A stretch of DNA of 64,000 nucleotides from Phoronis australis (Eukaryota; Animalia; Phoronida). This document shows, piece after piece, positions 37,591 to 52,090 of this stretch. Within the stretch, counting starts at the first letter, position 1. Each line of letters starts with the position of its first letter. The translations under genes and the position numbers were made by a program. The stretch lies in contig NMRA01000132.1 in assembly GCA_002633005.1 (NCBI GenBank), positions 1-64,000 of the forward strand, in the 5' to 3' direction. The notes under the pieces were generated by a model. That model saw nothing but the letters and a program-made list of their open reading frames with translations, was not told where the DNA came from and did no database searches.

Positions 37591-38789
37591 ATTGAACTCA
37601 CACAACCTGAATCACAAATATGTGGGCTTATTTTTGACTCACGAGTGGTTATGTACATATGCAGTGGTGGATCTTGGATGTAGGAGAAAGAGAGTGAAAC
37701 CACACATATCTGAAGTCAAAGGTCCACGTGCATTCCAAGCGGTCTCTGAAGGGGGCCCATGCAATCATAAAGGAATAGGAGTGTAATGCCCGAAAGCTGG
37801 CGGCGCCTTTTAGTTGCCCATGGGGTGTGTCCACGGGGGCCTTCGCCACCCCCTTTATCCACCTATGGTACGTGTGACACCGTAGCTGTTTTTTATCTTG
37901 AATTAATAAAAGTTCCATTACTCGGCGAACATGCCTGGTGATCAAATAGTCGGCAACAAATGCTGTCAGCGTAGCGCATTGGTGCAGTAAAGTATCATAT
38001 CGAGACTACGCCCCACTTTCCGTCACGGTGCGTAGACGCTACGTCAAAGTGAAAAACGGCGGTTGCTGCGGTAAAATGAAAAAAGGTTGTTGGCGTCAAC
38101 TACGTGTGCGTACGCTCCACTCTACCGTAACTTACAGTGGGTAGGTGCTGCACTGAAAGGCAAAAGGGTGGTTACCTGCGCCTTGACGTGCGCCTACGCC
38201 CCACTACAGCAAACCAGAAGAAATTTGGCTAGGAATAAATCAATCGCTATTTTAAGTACTGCCACATTGAACCTACATGTTGAAAATTGTGTGTACATTG
38301 TTATTGGTTGTGTTAAGTACTTTGTGGCTTGACGTGTAATAATTGCATGCAAGGTGATTTCAATACTGTTGCTTTCGGCTAGGTTTCACTGTTTACCTCA
38401 GGGGTTGTTCTTTTTTATGCCTTTTTCACTTGTATCTGGTTGACCTCAGATTGATCCAGTTAAGGTCTAGTGAAATTCGGTTGACAAAATTTTATGTCTA
38501 AGTGTTAAACTTTATGATAGTTATACGAATCCCAGGTGCAGGGGGTGCATGTGTATATGATTGCTATGCATGTCTGTGCTGAAGCAAAACTTTAAGAATG
38601 CAGCAGCAATTCTAGCTAACGCAAACAAAATGTTTGAATGGACACTTCGTTAAAAGCTTTTCAAATTGAACATGGTGTTGTATTGAACGTAACGCGATTG
38701 TGGAGAAAACTTTCACGTCTTGTCTTCAAAACATGTTGCAATATCCATTATCTTGTGTACGGTTATCTCTCACCTTAAACCTTCATGTG

Positions 38790-39960
38790 TTCTCTACCTA
38801 ATAAGGCTGGCTTATTGTCAGTTTTGACAACAAGCACTGGTACTTTTACATGTTGTATTTAACATCAACAAGCATCTCGCCAAGTACAGTTATTTCATTC
38901 CCACAATAGCCTTCCAAGCTTGATTCATAGGAGCCCAAGGGAACATCTGAGAAATGAGCCATATACAGCCTCTCAGGAACGACAGTCCTGGATGCCCCCA
39001 TGTCCAACTCGAAGTCAAGCTTGGTATCATTTATGAACAGTGGTATACAAATGTTATCATCACTTTTAGATCTTAAACTAAACATACTCATAGAACCAGC
39101 ATAATCAATACAATGTTGTTGGAGACTGTCACTATTAGTATTCTCTTTTACACTGTGATTGTTTGTAACCACTTTCTTTGGCTTTGTCGTCTTCTTGGGT
39201 GTCTGAGTCGGAAACTTCGTATAACACGCTTTGCGAATTTGTCCGGTTTTCGAGCATTTGTGGCACTTCGCGTCCTTGAACGGACAATTACCTTTTGTGG
39301 GATTGTCTCCAAAACAACGCGAGCAAGGCGATTTTTCTGACTTGTTCACAGGTTTCCAGCCTTTGTGACGAATAGAATGCGCAGTCTCTCCCGTTGGGAT
39401 TGAAGCTTGCAGGGTTTTACTGTCGATAATGGCTTGTTCCTGTGCCAGTGCAAGTTTACAAGCCGTTTCCCAATTGAGTGAATATCCCTTCGCAAGTAAC
39501 TTGGCCTGCATAGTTTGGTTATTCAACCCTGGCACAAACGTGTCCCTGAGATTGTTCTCTAGTTCATCACCATAGGAACAATTGCTAGATAACTTTTTAT
39601 CGCCAAAATATAGTCACTAATGGTCTCACCTTTCATATGTTTACGATTTCGAAATTCGAGGCGATAAGCGACAACACTCTTAGTTGGTTCGTAGTATTTC
39701 GTCAGGATGGCCACAATGTCCTCAAAACTTTTGTCCGTCGGACGTCCCGGAAGGCATTGTCATTGATTGTAAACAATTTCAAAAGCGGAAGGACCGATCA
39801 GCGTGAGAAAGACCTTCACCTTCTTGTCATCGGCAATGTCATTGGCCAACATACAAATCTCAATTCTCTGTAGGTACATGGACCATTTCTCCGTTAAGGG
39901 GTCAAACTCTCCAATGTGTCCGATTTGTAATTTCTGGGGGCGTTGCCAGCCGCCATCTTG
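38790..39960 (-). pseudogene. Gypsy Gag-protease
   Basis: IGEFDPL..KWSMYL..., CSRCFGDN, CHKCSKTGQ, FELDMGASRTVV, ALLGRE. Confidence 0.85.
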
Positions 39961-41149
39961 GATTTACACGAGGTCGAATTTTACGCTTCTTTATCGAATA
40001 TTTTTGACGAACTGCGAGTTCTTTCACTGGAATTTACCGTCCCGGCAAATCCTGAATGTAGAATGTACAAACATACCTTCACAAAAACAGTTCTAGTCGC
40101 CAAATTGTGACGTATTTAACGACCAAAGTCGGAGAACAAAGATGCAGACTTCATGCAGCTAACAACTAACTTTATCCTGCTCTAATAGGTGTCGCCACCT
40201 TACGGTGTATACATATGTGAATGGCAATATTCCACAAGAACAACATATAAATTTAATCTTGGGAAACTAGTTAGTTGTGGTGTAAGTGAATACAAAACGC
40301 ATATTTATTTGAAGACGTAATAAGGAAAGTCAGGTGATAATGATTGACCTAAAGATATGTACAGAGGAAATATGACCAAACAAAAGAAGTTGACAAAATA
40401 AGGGTTTCAACACTCAAATACGCTGAAGAAAACAAAAATAATAGTATTGAAGATCTCTCACTATGGATAACTTAGCTGTAACACGTTTTAGAATTGATAT
40501 AAAGGTATAACTGCTTACCACTATAGGCAACCCTGTAATGACTGATTAGCTCATGTTTTCGGTGTTGTCTACTGAATTGAAGTTAACTTTCTCATGGATT
40601 GGAACACCAGCTTTCGCATGAATTATTTCAAATTGAAACTTGTTATAGACTAAAGTATGGTGACAGACAGTGCGCAACGTGCAAGATAAAACAGTAATAA
40701 CTCAGTTAATGTTATGGGCAGCCCTTCTAAAACCCACAAGAAAATTCACATGCAGTTGTAGATTCTGCACCTGACTGACAGAGAACAGAGCGAGTGTCCA
40801 GAAATTAAAATTAAAAACATAGTAAGTGAGAGGTGTCAACAACACGAACGAACAGAAATGCCATACAAAATGAAAGTGACGTGTGAATTTATCTTGACTG
40901 ACAATTTGGTATGCAGTTGTCCACAAAGTCAACGTTCTGCGAAACACAACAATTAGAAACAAGAGCAACACAGAGTGTTCGGAAATGCGCCCACGAATGC
41001 ACCGCAAACGGTGTGGTTCTAGAGTTATTTACTTGTATCATAAAAATAACCACTTGATGGTGCAAAATGTCCAATCCATCTGCAAATGAAACATGCCATC
41101 GCTCCTTCTATAGAAAGCTATTTACAAAATTTCACAGAAATCTGACAAA

Positions 41150-42140
41150 GAACTTCCAAGCAAAAAACAAAACAAAACCGAAAAAATGAAACTGCCACTA
41201 GGGGCACAGCGTCCACCTGAAAGTCGTCATCTATTGTTAGCCTGCTATAGAGACACTAAATATAAAGATTCGGCAGTGGGTTTAGGAAATATAGCTATGG
41301 CCGCAAAACAAAACAAAACTATCACTAGGAGGCGCCACAGTAGTCAACGTTATCATCATCCTCAACTGTCCTCTTCACACAGAGAACATATATGCCTATA
41401 TTCCAAATTTTATCAAACTCCATTGAGGACCTTTGAATATACAGAGATAATCGTAAAAAAACAAAATTGCCACTAGGGGGCACTGGTGAAAAACTCTGTG
41501 AGAAAGTCATCGTCGTCATCCGTTGTCAACATCATATAAATGCACTTGTTAAATTTAGTAAAGATCCTGCTAACGGTTTAGGATATACAGCCGTGGGCGC
41601 AAAAAAACAAAACTGCCACTAGGAGGCGCCATCTTCTTCATAGTAAGAACATACATGCTAATTTTCACAATTATCCTTAGAGCGGTTTGGTTAATAGAGG
41701 GGTGGAAGTCAAAATACAGACTCGAAAACAGTAAAAATGGCCACTGGGTGGCGCAAACTACGTCGAATCCATCCGAAAACTACAGGATAGTGTCATTTCA
41801 CTAATAGATGCCTATATTTCCACGTATTTTCACAAAATTTAAGTTAAATTTTGTGAAAATACGTGGAGGACCTCCGAAGATACAGAGGTGAGCGTAAAAA
41901 ACTAAAACTGCCACTAGGGGCACACCCGTAGCCGGAGAGATCCGAAATTTGTCGCCATTCCTTGTCAGCTTACTTGGGACACATCTGCCAAATGTCATCA
42001 AGATCCTGTGAGGGGTTTAGTAGATACAGCTGCGCACGCCGGACGACGGTCGCCGTACGACGGACCCCCGGACGCCGGACGCCCAGACCGAGATGACGCA
42101 ATATGCGACCACATATAAATACGTGGGCGCATAAAAATAA
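41150..42140 (+). mobile_element. Helentron/HINE-like repeat, copy B
   Basis: Tandem units with CCACTAGG.GGC.C motifs, a GGACGCC microsatellite (~42040-42085), a 3' hairpin TATGCGACCAC...GTGGGCGCATA (42102-42133) and then an A-run. Confidence 0.65.
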
Positions 42141-42830
42141 TAATTATATAAGGGACAGCCACTAAGGCCAGAGCTCACATTGTTGTCAGCCCAATAGCCC
42201 CCTTAGAGAACCCTGCAATGTTGATTACTGTAATTTTTTATGAAATATAGTAAATATGATCAGGAGAAAAAAATTAGCTTGGTTGATCTTAGTGCAACTT
42301 TGAGCATTTTTTGCAATTCAAGATGGCGGATTCCGCCATTTTGAATTTCGACCCAGTTTAATTTATTCAATGTAATGACTAACATAGTCACGTAATACAT
42401 TTTCTGTGATGGGGAGTCCATTTCTGGTGTTATTTTATTGATACTGTGTCATTTTCAAGGTCAAACGTCAAATCGGCCTAGCAGCCTTTTGAGATTTAGT
42501 TTTTTATCTCATTATTTTTCATTTTCTTCATTAACCTCTACAAGATATATTTTCAAAATGGTGACTATTACTTAGATGTACTATAGGGGACCAAACATTT
42601 TGCTCACAAGTTTCAAGAGAGTTGTGTTGGCACAATAGAGAAACCATATGGCGTGGAAATGCTCATACGCTTAAAAGTTGCTGGTGCGTCCAGTACGGTT
42701 ACCGGTACTGTCCATTACTCCAAATAAACAGTTCTACGAAAAACCTCTTCTCCGAAAAGAAAACACTACTCCCAGGAAACCCACACCCTCTCCGAATATG
42801 AACGCATTTGTTCATTTTACAACTTTATTA

Positions 42831-43045
42831 CATGCGCGAACCCAGTCTAAAATATGGGGGGCTCGAATTTTTGGCAATGTGGACCTTTTATAAACAAAAA
42901 ACGGGGACCAAAAATGGATATCTCATTCAGAGCTATGAATTGTACATTGACGCCTTTTTAGTGGACTTTTGTGTCGTTTTCTCGGACCTTTTTGTCCACT
43001 TCGCCAAATGGAGGCTCAGTTGAGCACCCCCAAGGTGCGCGCATG
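42831..43045. mobile_element. MITE with TA flanks
   Basis: TIR CATGCGCGAACC / GGTGCGCGCATG flanked by TA on both sides; related copy at 29753. Confidence 0.65.
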
Positions 43046-45151
43046 TAATATGATACATTTTCTCTCTATCAAGCGAACTTCAAAGAAGATGGGATACAAG
43101 ACTTGTTAACTACCAAGACAGTAAAAATGGCAGAAATAAGTCATTGGACTTGATTGTCACAATTTATTTTTTGTATGGGTAACATAAGTGAAATTTTGAG
43201 AAAATTTCGGAAGATCATGTAAAAAAAGTTGTAGTAACGGTGTTCTTTTGGAGCAGTGAACCTTCGGAGTAGCTGTTTTTTCGGAGTGGTGGGCCATCGG
43301 AGTAGTAACCTGTTATACACCAGTATAGTCAACGGATCCTCTGTAGGTATGCAATCTCATCACAGCCATGTTGTTACTCAATGTCTACTCAAATGGGGCC
43401 AGAGAGCTGATGGTTTATCTCGATGGTCAATAACCACCCATATCAGTAGATTGTCATTGTAAGTCAACACTGCTGTCTCTCATGTTTCTGCCTTGACTTC
43501 TTCCTTAGACAACCCTGTCTCAAGGAGATGTTGACATATTTCTTTGCACCAGATCACCATAATTGTTTACGGTACCTGCCCTGGCGTAGTAGTTTTTAAA
43601 GTAAACCGAACAACGTGAATATCACAATTATTTTCGACAAGAATACGATAGCGCCTCCATGTACGTTGTCTTAATGTCTTAATTTCCACATTTCGCACGT
43701 AACTCCATTCATAAAATAAAATAAACAATAAATGGCTAGGCGCAATAACGGCAACCTAAACTACGACAAAAGTTCAACAACCGTGTGGTAAGTGTTCAAC
43801 TAAAGTGCCGAACATTTCTGGCGAGAAGTTTATTCAAAGTTTAGCAGTCTGACGGAGTTCTTTCGAAGTTTATATTGAAGTTTCCTGTATGTGGAGACCC
43901 TGTCTAATAATGTCAAGAAAGTTCTCCTCGAAGCTGCGCACAGCTGTCAACACTTGGATGACAAGTACAACTATTATTAAAATCTCTTGGTCTATACACA
44001 CCCCCGTGGGTGCGCGCATGAGTACGTTCCAGAAGTCATAGTTTATGAGTTTTCCCTGGATTAATAACAGTGCCCATCCTAGTCTACGCATACGTAACCT
44101 GCACGGATTACGCGTAATCTCTACACATACCGCCATTCACGATGAGGCAGTGTGGCTTCCTCCACTTGTGGTCAAGTCACACGGGACACACTGCTGGTCG
44201 CTTGAGTCAAGATCCTCAGCTCTGTTTCAACTAATAAAGCATAAAGATGGTCCAAGGTGATCAGTGCAATGGGCCTTTCTAGAGCAACATGGTACGACAA
44301 TATTTTAAACTAGTTATTGAGATGTTGGGACGATATCTTATTCCAGTATTTAGCTATCCCTTATTCTTCATATAATGGAATCACAGAAATGATATTTCCG
44401 CATTTCCCATAAATTTAACATTTCGTCTTCCAAAATTGATGAATTTTCCTTGTCTCAGTTCAACGTGACCTTTGACCTCTCATTTGACATTGACTTTTAC
44501 CTTGCATCCAAAAAAATATATCAGAAAAAAAAATATATCAGAAATGGTTTCCACGTCCCGAAAACATTGGAAACCATAAATTGCAGGATCCTACAAGGTA
44601 TCATGTTCAGAGTGTGGAAATTAGGCGAATGTGCTCAAAGTTACACAAAGTGCAACCAAGTTAATTTTTTTCCTAACCACATATAATAAATTTCCAAAAG
44701 AAAAATAATTTACAGTAAACAGCATTGCAGGGTCACCTTTTTTGGCAATTAGACTAAGACATTGGGGGGTGGGGTGAGTGAACGCAAACAAAGTGATTGA
44801 TATCGCCAGTGAGTAATTGGAAACAAACTACAGTAGGACAAGAGAGTGGGATACCATTCAAACTTCGCAAGTTTTCTTACACTAGAAGGTCACCTTCTGA
44901 GGAATCCTGCTTTATCCTGTTATCATGCAGCTGTATCGTTGCGTTACCGTCATGCGTCCACGTTTTAGCGATGGTTTTAGCGGGCGTAGAGAAGGGACCG
45001 TTGTTTCGTGAGAGTTTCATTGATGTAGATCGGGGATGGTAAATTCAGTTTGCGTAGTTGACTTCTGTTGTGAAGGAAAGCAGCTCTGGTATTGTACGAC
45101 ACAAATTTACAGATGATAGGGCGATCTTTTCGAGAATCTCTAGCTCTATGT

Positions 45152-45800
45152 TTACGTAGTTTGGGTCCGTGTTAGATGAGAGGGTATGAAGGCATTGACG
45201 GAGGGGTGGTCAAGAGAGGAATACGAAATGTAAATGAGACGGAATTTGTTGGGTTCCTTCTTGGGGATGAGGCCTAAAGAGAGACAACAAAGTAGGACTG
45301 GGAGAGTGAAGAGACCGGCGTAGAGAGACGTGGAGATCTCTTTCATAGTGCCGGTTGACGATGGGATTGGAGAGGGCCGAGGGATGATTATGCGGCGTGG
45401 GAGAAAGGAAGGTGGAGGAAACACCAAACTGGACCCTTACGTTGACCCCTAAATGAGGTACTTGTAGTCGTAACCCAGCCGGTAAAGCTGGAGGGCTATG
45501 GAGAGAACTGCGGTAGGTGGTTTGAGGGTGAGCTTTCCATTGCAGGAAGAGCAGGAATGGAGATAGGGGAAATGGGATAGGAGCTTGGGGCAGGAGTGGG
45601 AGATGTACACCCAGCAGTACCCGTGGGATAAACGGGTAGACAGAGTATGATTTTCGGGATCTGAGGAAAGTTTGCACGCACAGCTCCTGGTTAATGGTAT
45701 ACCAGTGGGGGACCCGGAGTCTACGGAACTGCTGGCGGTAGAACATGGACATATGGAAGCCAAAACTGGAGATGAGTTCAAATAAGCTGTATGTCAAAAA
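45152..45800 (-). pseudogene. DIRS/Ngaro (tyrosine-recombinase retroelement) Gag-RT fragment
   Basis: YRQQFRRLR...WYTINQEL, Cys/His-rich GYCW...C...HSCSSCNG, NHPSA and LGLIPKKEPNKFRLI...SVNAFI (cf. SPLGLVPKKEPGKFRLIHHLS...SVNDFI). Confidence 0.7.
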
Positions 45801-48800
45801 CATCTGAAATATGTTATGTTGCCACTTTTTCCTGCCGTTTTCGTGCAGTCACTCTTAAATAGGATTGGTTTTTTTAGCAATCAATTTACAAAATAGGGTT
45901 TTAAATAATTTGTCAAGCTGCCCATCAAAAGCGAGTGAAAACTGCACGCGTGCCTCCTGCACTTACGTATAGCCTTGTGCGTTTTGCTCAGTGATAATAA
46001 TAATTCTAACAAATGAAGTTGCTACGGTTACAATTCGGACCAGTTCAATGTACTCAATAGTTTAATGATGTTTGTGTTTCAGCAGTCTGTGTGGATTTTT
46101 ACTATACGACAGTTTAGTGCGACGTCAACATAGCAATCTAGAAAGACAAAATTCACAGCAATTATAAAGAATACATCAAATTTTATCCGTGCGAAGGTTC
46201 AAAACACACGCTTAAAAGTGATTGATACAACCCTTCAACTCCATTTTGGAGCGCCCATTATATGATAATAACTACGGTGACCGAGATCGTGATAAAATAT
46301 TTGCATTTATAAAGCATCCATAGGTCAATGATTAGAACAATGTTCAATGTGAGTTATTTTACCTAGTTTCTCATCATTCCTTATCTATTCGGTATCTATG
46401 TCAAACGTGACGTGTGCTAGCTTATTGCCAACATTCACCTTGCAATATTTTAACCACATGTGGATGAGTGAAATCTTCATCTGATCGAAATCTGACGACG
46501 AAAGGTACAAGGTATGTGCATTTGTTATTTAAAGATCAGTGCATTTATTGACTGGGATCTTAGTCTTATGTTTCATTGGTACAGTCGTACGAAGCAAAGA
46601 TCAGCTTAAAACATCTGGACTCTGGACAGGGGATAGAATAATAGAAATAGGGACACCATTTTATTTCCCGAATGCCCAACTATTCACACCTGTGAAGTCT
46701 AGTTAATGAGTTGTCTTCACAAACACGTGATTTATAAAATGGTTATCATAGAAACGCGAAATTGTGTGATTCTGAGGAGTTTCTGGCGGGACAAGCCCAG
46801 AGAGAACAATCTTCTGACATGAGCCATAACGATCAATAGTATCCTGTTATTGTTTTCGTGTTATCTCGAATAATAGAGATATCTGAATTTTGAATCTCTT
46901 TTTGCGTTCTCTGTTGCGTCCTTTCTAAAGTGTAATTTTGATGAACAGTTTAGCACCGGTCATTCCACGTATCAGGTCATTCTAAACTACTAAAACATTA
47001 AGCAAGCCAAGAAATAGAGAAAATAAACATATTTCATATAGGTACGAAGTCATTAGGAAATTTTCGAAATTTTGATGTAGGCCATAAAAACTTTGTCCTG
47101 CCCCGAGAGGGCGTGGTTTTAAGAAAACACTAATCAGAAAAGGAATTGGTGGTTAAATAGTGGTTCAGTGTTTCAGAAGGAGAGTTTTACTTCTACATGC
47201 ATAATGTGTTTTTTATTCTAAATTACAACCCAAAATGGAAATCATGAAATAAACTTAAAAAAGTGGCTCCACATTTTTCTTGCCATGATAGCATTTGTTT
47301 TTTACCATAAAAGGAATTGACGGGTCAATTGTTTTTTTTTTTTCAAAAACAAATATTATCAAACTTTCCAAAATCATTGGCTAGGTAGCAATAAATTGAA
47401 AAACACAATAGGCCTAATTAGATATCCCTTGTAACAGCTCACGCTCAACCCGAGTTGCCTTAGTGTTGCTACAAAAAGTCACTGTTCGAGTCGCATCGCT
47501 TGAAAACACTGGCGCAGATAGAAGTGCCCAAAAGAGGTCAAACACGATGGCCCTGACAAATAAATGAAGTGTACCGACCGCAGGGTACGTTTGATGCTTT
47601 GGTAAACAGGGAGATCCCGGCCCGATGTGAGTGTGCTTTGCCGCCCACGCTGGTGTTCGGTAACATTCTAAGATTGTACACAGTCTTCTGTAGTAATGGG
47701 GACACGAAGGACAAATAATTTTTAAAACGGGAATACAAATATGAACGAGATAGTAAACAAAACAAGCTATAGCAAAAACATATAAATAGATCGAGAAGCG
47801 GAAAAGATCCAAAGGAGGAGGAACAGTTCAACTAGAACTTGAAACTGGACCAACAAGTACAATTCTTAATTTAAAATACAATATGTCACAATAGAAAAGC
47901 TATTCAAAACACCGATTAAAAATATGCGAACAAACAATGACGTACTTGTCTAAACGTGTCACATTTCATAAAACGACATGAGATGTTTTTCTATTTAGTT
48001 CTGTTATGAAAGTAAGTCTGGCGTTGCTACATATCAGTGGAATGATCGGCAATTGCAATCTTAGAAGACTTTCGAATATTTTTCATTTTGTCTAAATAGC
48101 CAATTTTCGATACAACGGCGACGTAATGAAAAGCACCTTGTGGTGAGATGGTAACAGAGCAGTACATGGAGGAGGTGGAAACGTGTTTAGTGCCACCTGT
48201 AGGTCACTTGGATGGAATTTAATCTGTGAAGCGGAATTTTCCAGCGCTTTTTTTTGTAAGTTCTTTGCGATGCAAATTACCACTGCTGTGTAGTGGGTTA
48301 TTCAAATGACACACAGAAATATCCAAGGTCTCAAAAATCGGGGAATAAAAGATCGTTTTGTCCTAACCAACTCGGCCACCAAAAGTAGCGGTCTGACTCC
48401 CATGGCTGTGAATCATTTTAACACTGCCAATAAGACGAGAATAAAAAACACTCAAGATAATGAACTGACAACTGTCCTGATACAAATAACTGACAACGAT
48501 TACAAGTGTGTCATCACTGTTAAGCTACCATGACTGTAAAATAATTTTAAAAAGTATTCCAAATAAAAATTGCAATTATCAAAATCGTCCAACTAACAAG
48601 AAACACTACCAAAAACGTAAAATTGTGCTATCAAAGTATATCATTTCTATGTTTCCCAATTCCAGAGCAAAAATATGTGAAGTTATATCCTGCTGCATTA
48701 CTTCTGAACGTTCAAACACGTGGCTGATTTTAAGGTTATGTAGGATCAAGGAAATTTTAGGCGCGCCCCACGTCATTGGCGTAAAAGTTTGGCGCAAAAA

Positions 48801-51800
48801 GAATTTCATTGATGCACTGTCATTGCCTAGCTTGGGCCAACAGGTTCATTAAAATTGTTATAAAGAAGGATAAGAGAAACTAGCGTGGCCCATAGGTCAT
48901 CCAAGTTGGTCCATAGATTTGAGATCGTGTGGGTATATATATATATTTTTTTTTCAATTGTTACTAGTTTGAAGCGGTCCTTGACAAGCTGGCACACCCC
49001 GTCAAAACTGGTGGTATTTTGAAATTCATTGTACTTGTTGATTCAGTGGAAGACATGTTTAGAGTTGGAAATCATCTTATTACAGTCCTCTTAACATTTT
49101 AACTCGAGCCATGTTTCTGAAACCGTGAACTCGCATTGCTCAGATCCTCATTCCTTTACATATATAAGAGAATTGTTTTACTTTATGTGCAACACAGCTT
49201 TCGTCCATAATGGGTATGGTCAATAATAATCAGGTGGGCAAAGCTTTTAACCATTTTTATAATCAAATGCAATGCAACCCAAGCTGGCATGTAAACAATC
49301 CCTCGGCGATCGAAAAAATCCAAAACATTTGTTTGACGACGAATGTTTAGTTCAGTTTATTTTCAACACCTTTAGAAGGCTTTGGCCCACATGTTACATA
49401 AAATTTACAGGATAACGCTGAGCTGCATTTCCCTGAGGCAATGGCGCGAAATACAAATTTCTTTAGACTGAGCTGAGCAATAGGCTCCGACATTTTTATT
49501 AGCTTTACAAATTTATGTTTATTTGGTTCACGTCAGCACCACTCAGGTATAAATGCAGTTCTCAGAGAACAGTACTTTTTACAAACACATGAAATGACAT
49601 TCGTCTTCAATTAGGGACACGCAGAAACAAAACATATGGTAAAATTTTGGTCTACAAGAGCTATCATCAAGTTATGATTGGAGCAACGTAATTTAGCCAT
49701 AGTTGCTAAAAAGATATATGGGATATCACGCAACAGATAGGAAACCATTTCAAAAGTAATTTTAAAGGAGGAATATGAATTAAGTTTTGAGCTATTCTCT
49801 ACAGCAATTAAAGCTCCAATCCTGTAAAAAAACAATGTTTAGTTCGCTACTCAAAAATGACGAGAAAAGATGCGTCGCAGCCAGGGAGATCTCCCTGATT
49901 GTGTCATACCATAGCTTTGCGGCAAATTCCTAGCAGATGAAGCCCAGTTTTTCCTACCAGCCTCATCCATTGTGACATGTTTGTCATAGACTGATTTTGG
50001 ATTTCGATGTGCTGGCATTTTTAACAATTTAAACCAATATTTGATCAGCTTAACAAACAGCTTTACATAAATTGGATACCTTCCCAGTTCTCCCAGGGCA
50101 GAATGATTTGGACAGTTACTTCCAACTCCCAGCAGTGCTTTCAGAATTTCAATTGGACGAGCTCGATACTAGAATATTCTATAAATCCCCAAATCTCACT
50201 GCCATAGCTAATGATATGGCATACCATCGTGAACATAGATGTTTGAGCTGAAAATCATTGATAAGATATAGACGCTACCCTTCGGTTCTCAATCTGTCTC
50301 TTTACAGAGACCAAAATAAAGTCTACAAAATCACATAAAATATAGAAAAAAATATTTCTGAACAAGCAAACCACGTCATTGATATCCGCATCAAAAGAAA
50401 ATAACTGTAAGAAGTTTTAGAAAATGTTGAAACCCGATAAAAAGACAAATTGTACATAAGTATCTAATGAAAAATGGTTTGATGTTTTCAAAAGTGTTTA
50501 ATGAGATACTGCGGAGTATCCAATTTCATACCTATACTACAGACATTTTAATTACTATGATTCAAATAGTTAAATTAATTTATCGGAAGGTGATGATTAT
50601 TTACTAGACAAATGTATTTCTGAATGAAATTACTCTCAGTGTTAATTACATGAAACTCAGAAAATCATCTGATTGTGAAGGGATACCATTGTAGCATTTC
50701 AAATATTGTACACCCTGCCCTTTACTCACGTTTTTCATTGCTCTTAAAGGCACTATTTCCGCTTCATTTTTGTTAAAAACTTCATGAAACGGATCTTTAA
50801 GCAAACACTTTTATTCGAAACCTAAGCCCAAATAATAGCCTTTGCCATGGCATCGAATTTTTTTATAGTGAACTGAATTTAATACAGATTTTTTTAGCTT
50901 AATTTTTTCATTTTGTGTGGTGCACCAAGAAATAAATGGATGCCGGACGAAGTGTCAATCGAAGATTCGAGTGTCGAATATGAACTTGGAGTTTCGGTTA
51001 ATCTCAAGATCGTATACAGGCCTACGTGAACTCGAAATACCCACTCAAATAATCACGTTCAAGCTAATATAATTAGTTAACGGGTGAAATAAGTGCTTCT
51101 GGAACAAATAATTACAGAAATTTGCTACATTGAACAAAATATTCACCAGATTTCTTTAATGTGTGTTTAATTAAGAGCTCACGCTTACGCGATCTTCAGA
51201 TTAAGCAAAATTCAAGTTCACGCATACCAAACAAGTAATGGCAGGCGTTCGGTATAAGATAGGTTGTCCTCCGTTGAAAAGGCTTGCTAATCGTCCTCAA
51301 GTTGACTATTACCGCCGTAAAGTTTGAAATGAAGATCAGTTTGGGTGCTGGACTTATCTGCGATCCCAGATGGCTGTTACACGGTCTCAGTAAGGAAAGA
51401 TTTTGCTCGACAGGTAAGTCGTCAACGAATGACCGAGGCGCACTTTCAATGCTAACCATAAAGTTTTCTAAATGTTATGGTAGATTTATTTTACTGCCTA
51501 CCAGTACACCGACATTACAATATTCCTGTAGTAAAATTCTTGGTGTCTTTGACTGAGTATTTTTTGCGTTATTTTACTGTTTTAGTTGTTTAGGCCACGG
51601 GCTCGGTTTCGTCCACTTGTGTAGTGGATTAATTTGAGCAAACAAAGAAGCCATATTTACAAGTGTTTCTCATGTAAAAGTAAGGGGACTCAAGGTAAGG
51701 GCTGTTGAAACCAATTAAGATTTGTTGTGTCATTGTGTGATCTAAGGCATAGTGACAGCAATCCTTGAGTAATAATCATTTAATAATCTTCTCTTTTCCG

Positions 51801-52090
51801 AATTCATGTCATCTTGCAGTGTGTATAGAGACTGACAGTCTATACAGCCTGTTAGTGCTAGTCTTGATACTCTAGCAGCCCTACACAACTAACTGGTCTT
51901 GTGGCTGTTTATGTTGACTGGCAGTCTATACATGTAACCAGTTAGTCCTACTTTTGATACTCTCTGCAAGGCTAACTGTGTAGTATTGTGGTTGTATACA
52001 GGACATGCTGGTAGTCAATACACCCTGCTAGTGGTAGTCTGGATATTCCCAAATTGGTGGTTTGTATTAATGTTATTTGTTGTTCTTCAG

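Larger units (their letters stand above)
34899..40236 (-). mobile_element. Mag-type Ty3/Gypsy LTR retrotransposon, degenerate
   Basis: 131-bp LTRs at 34899-35029 and 40106-40236 (~9 mismatches). PBS TGGCGACTAG (40093-40102, minus) and PPT GAGAGGAAGAG (35030-35040, minus). Gag, protease LDMGAS, RT YQDD, RNase H CDASPYG and integrase SDNGPQF. Flanks GTGGG / AGAAC do not form a TSD. Confidence 0.92.
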
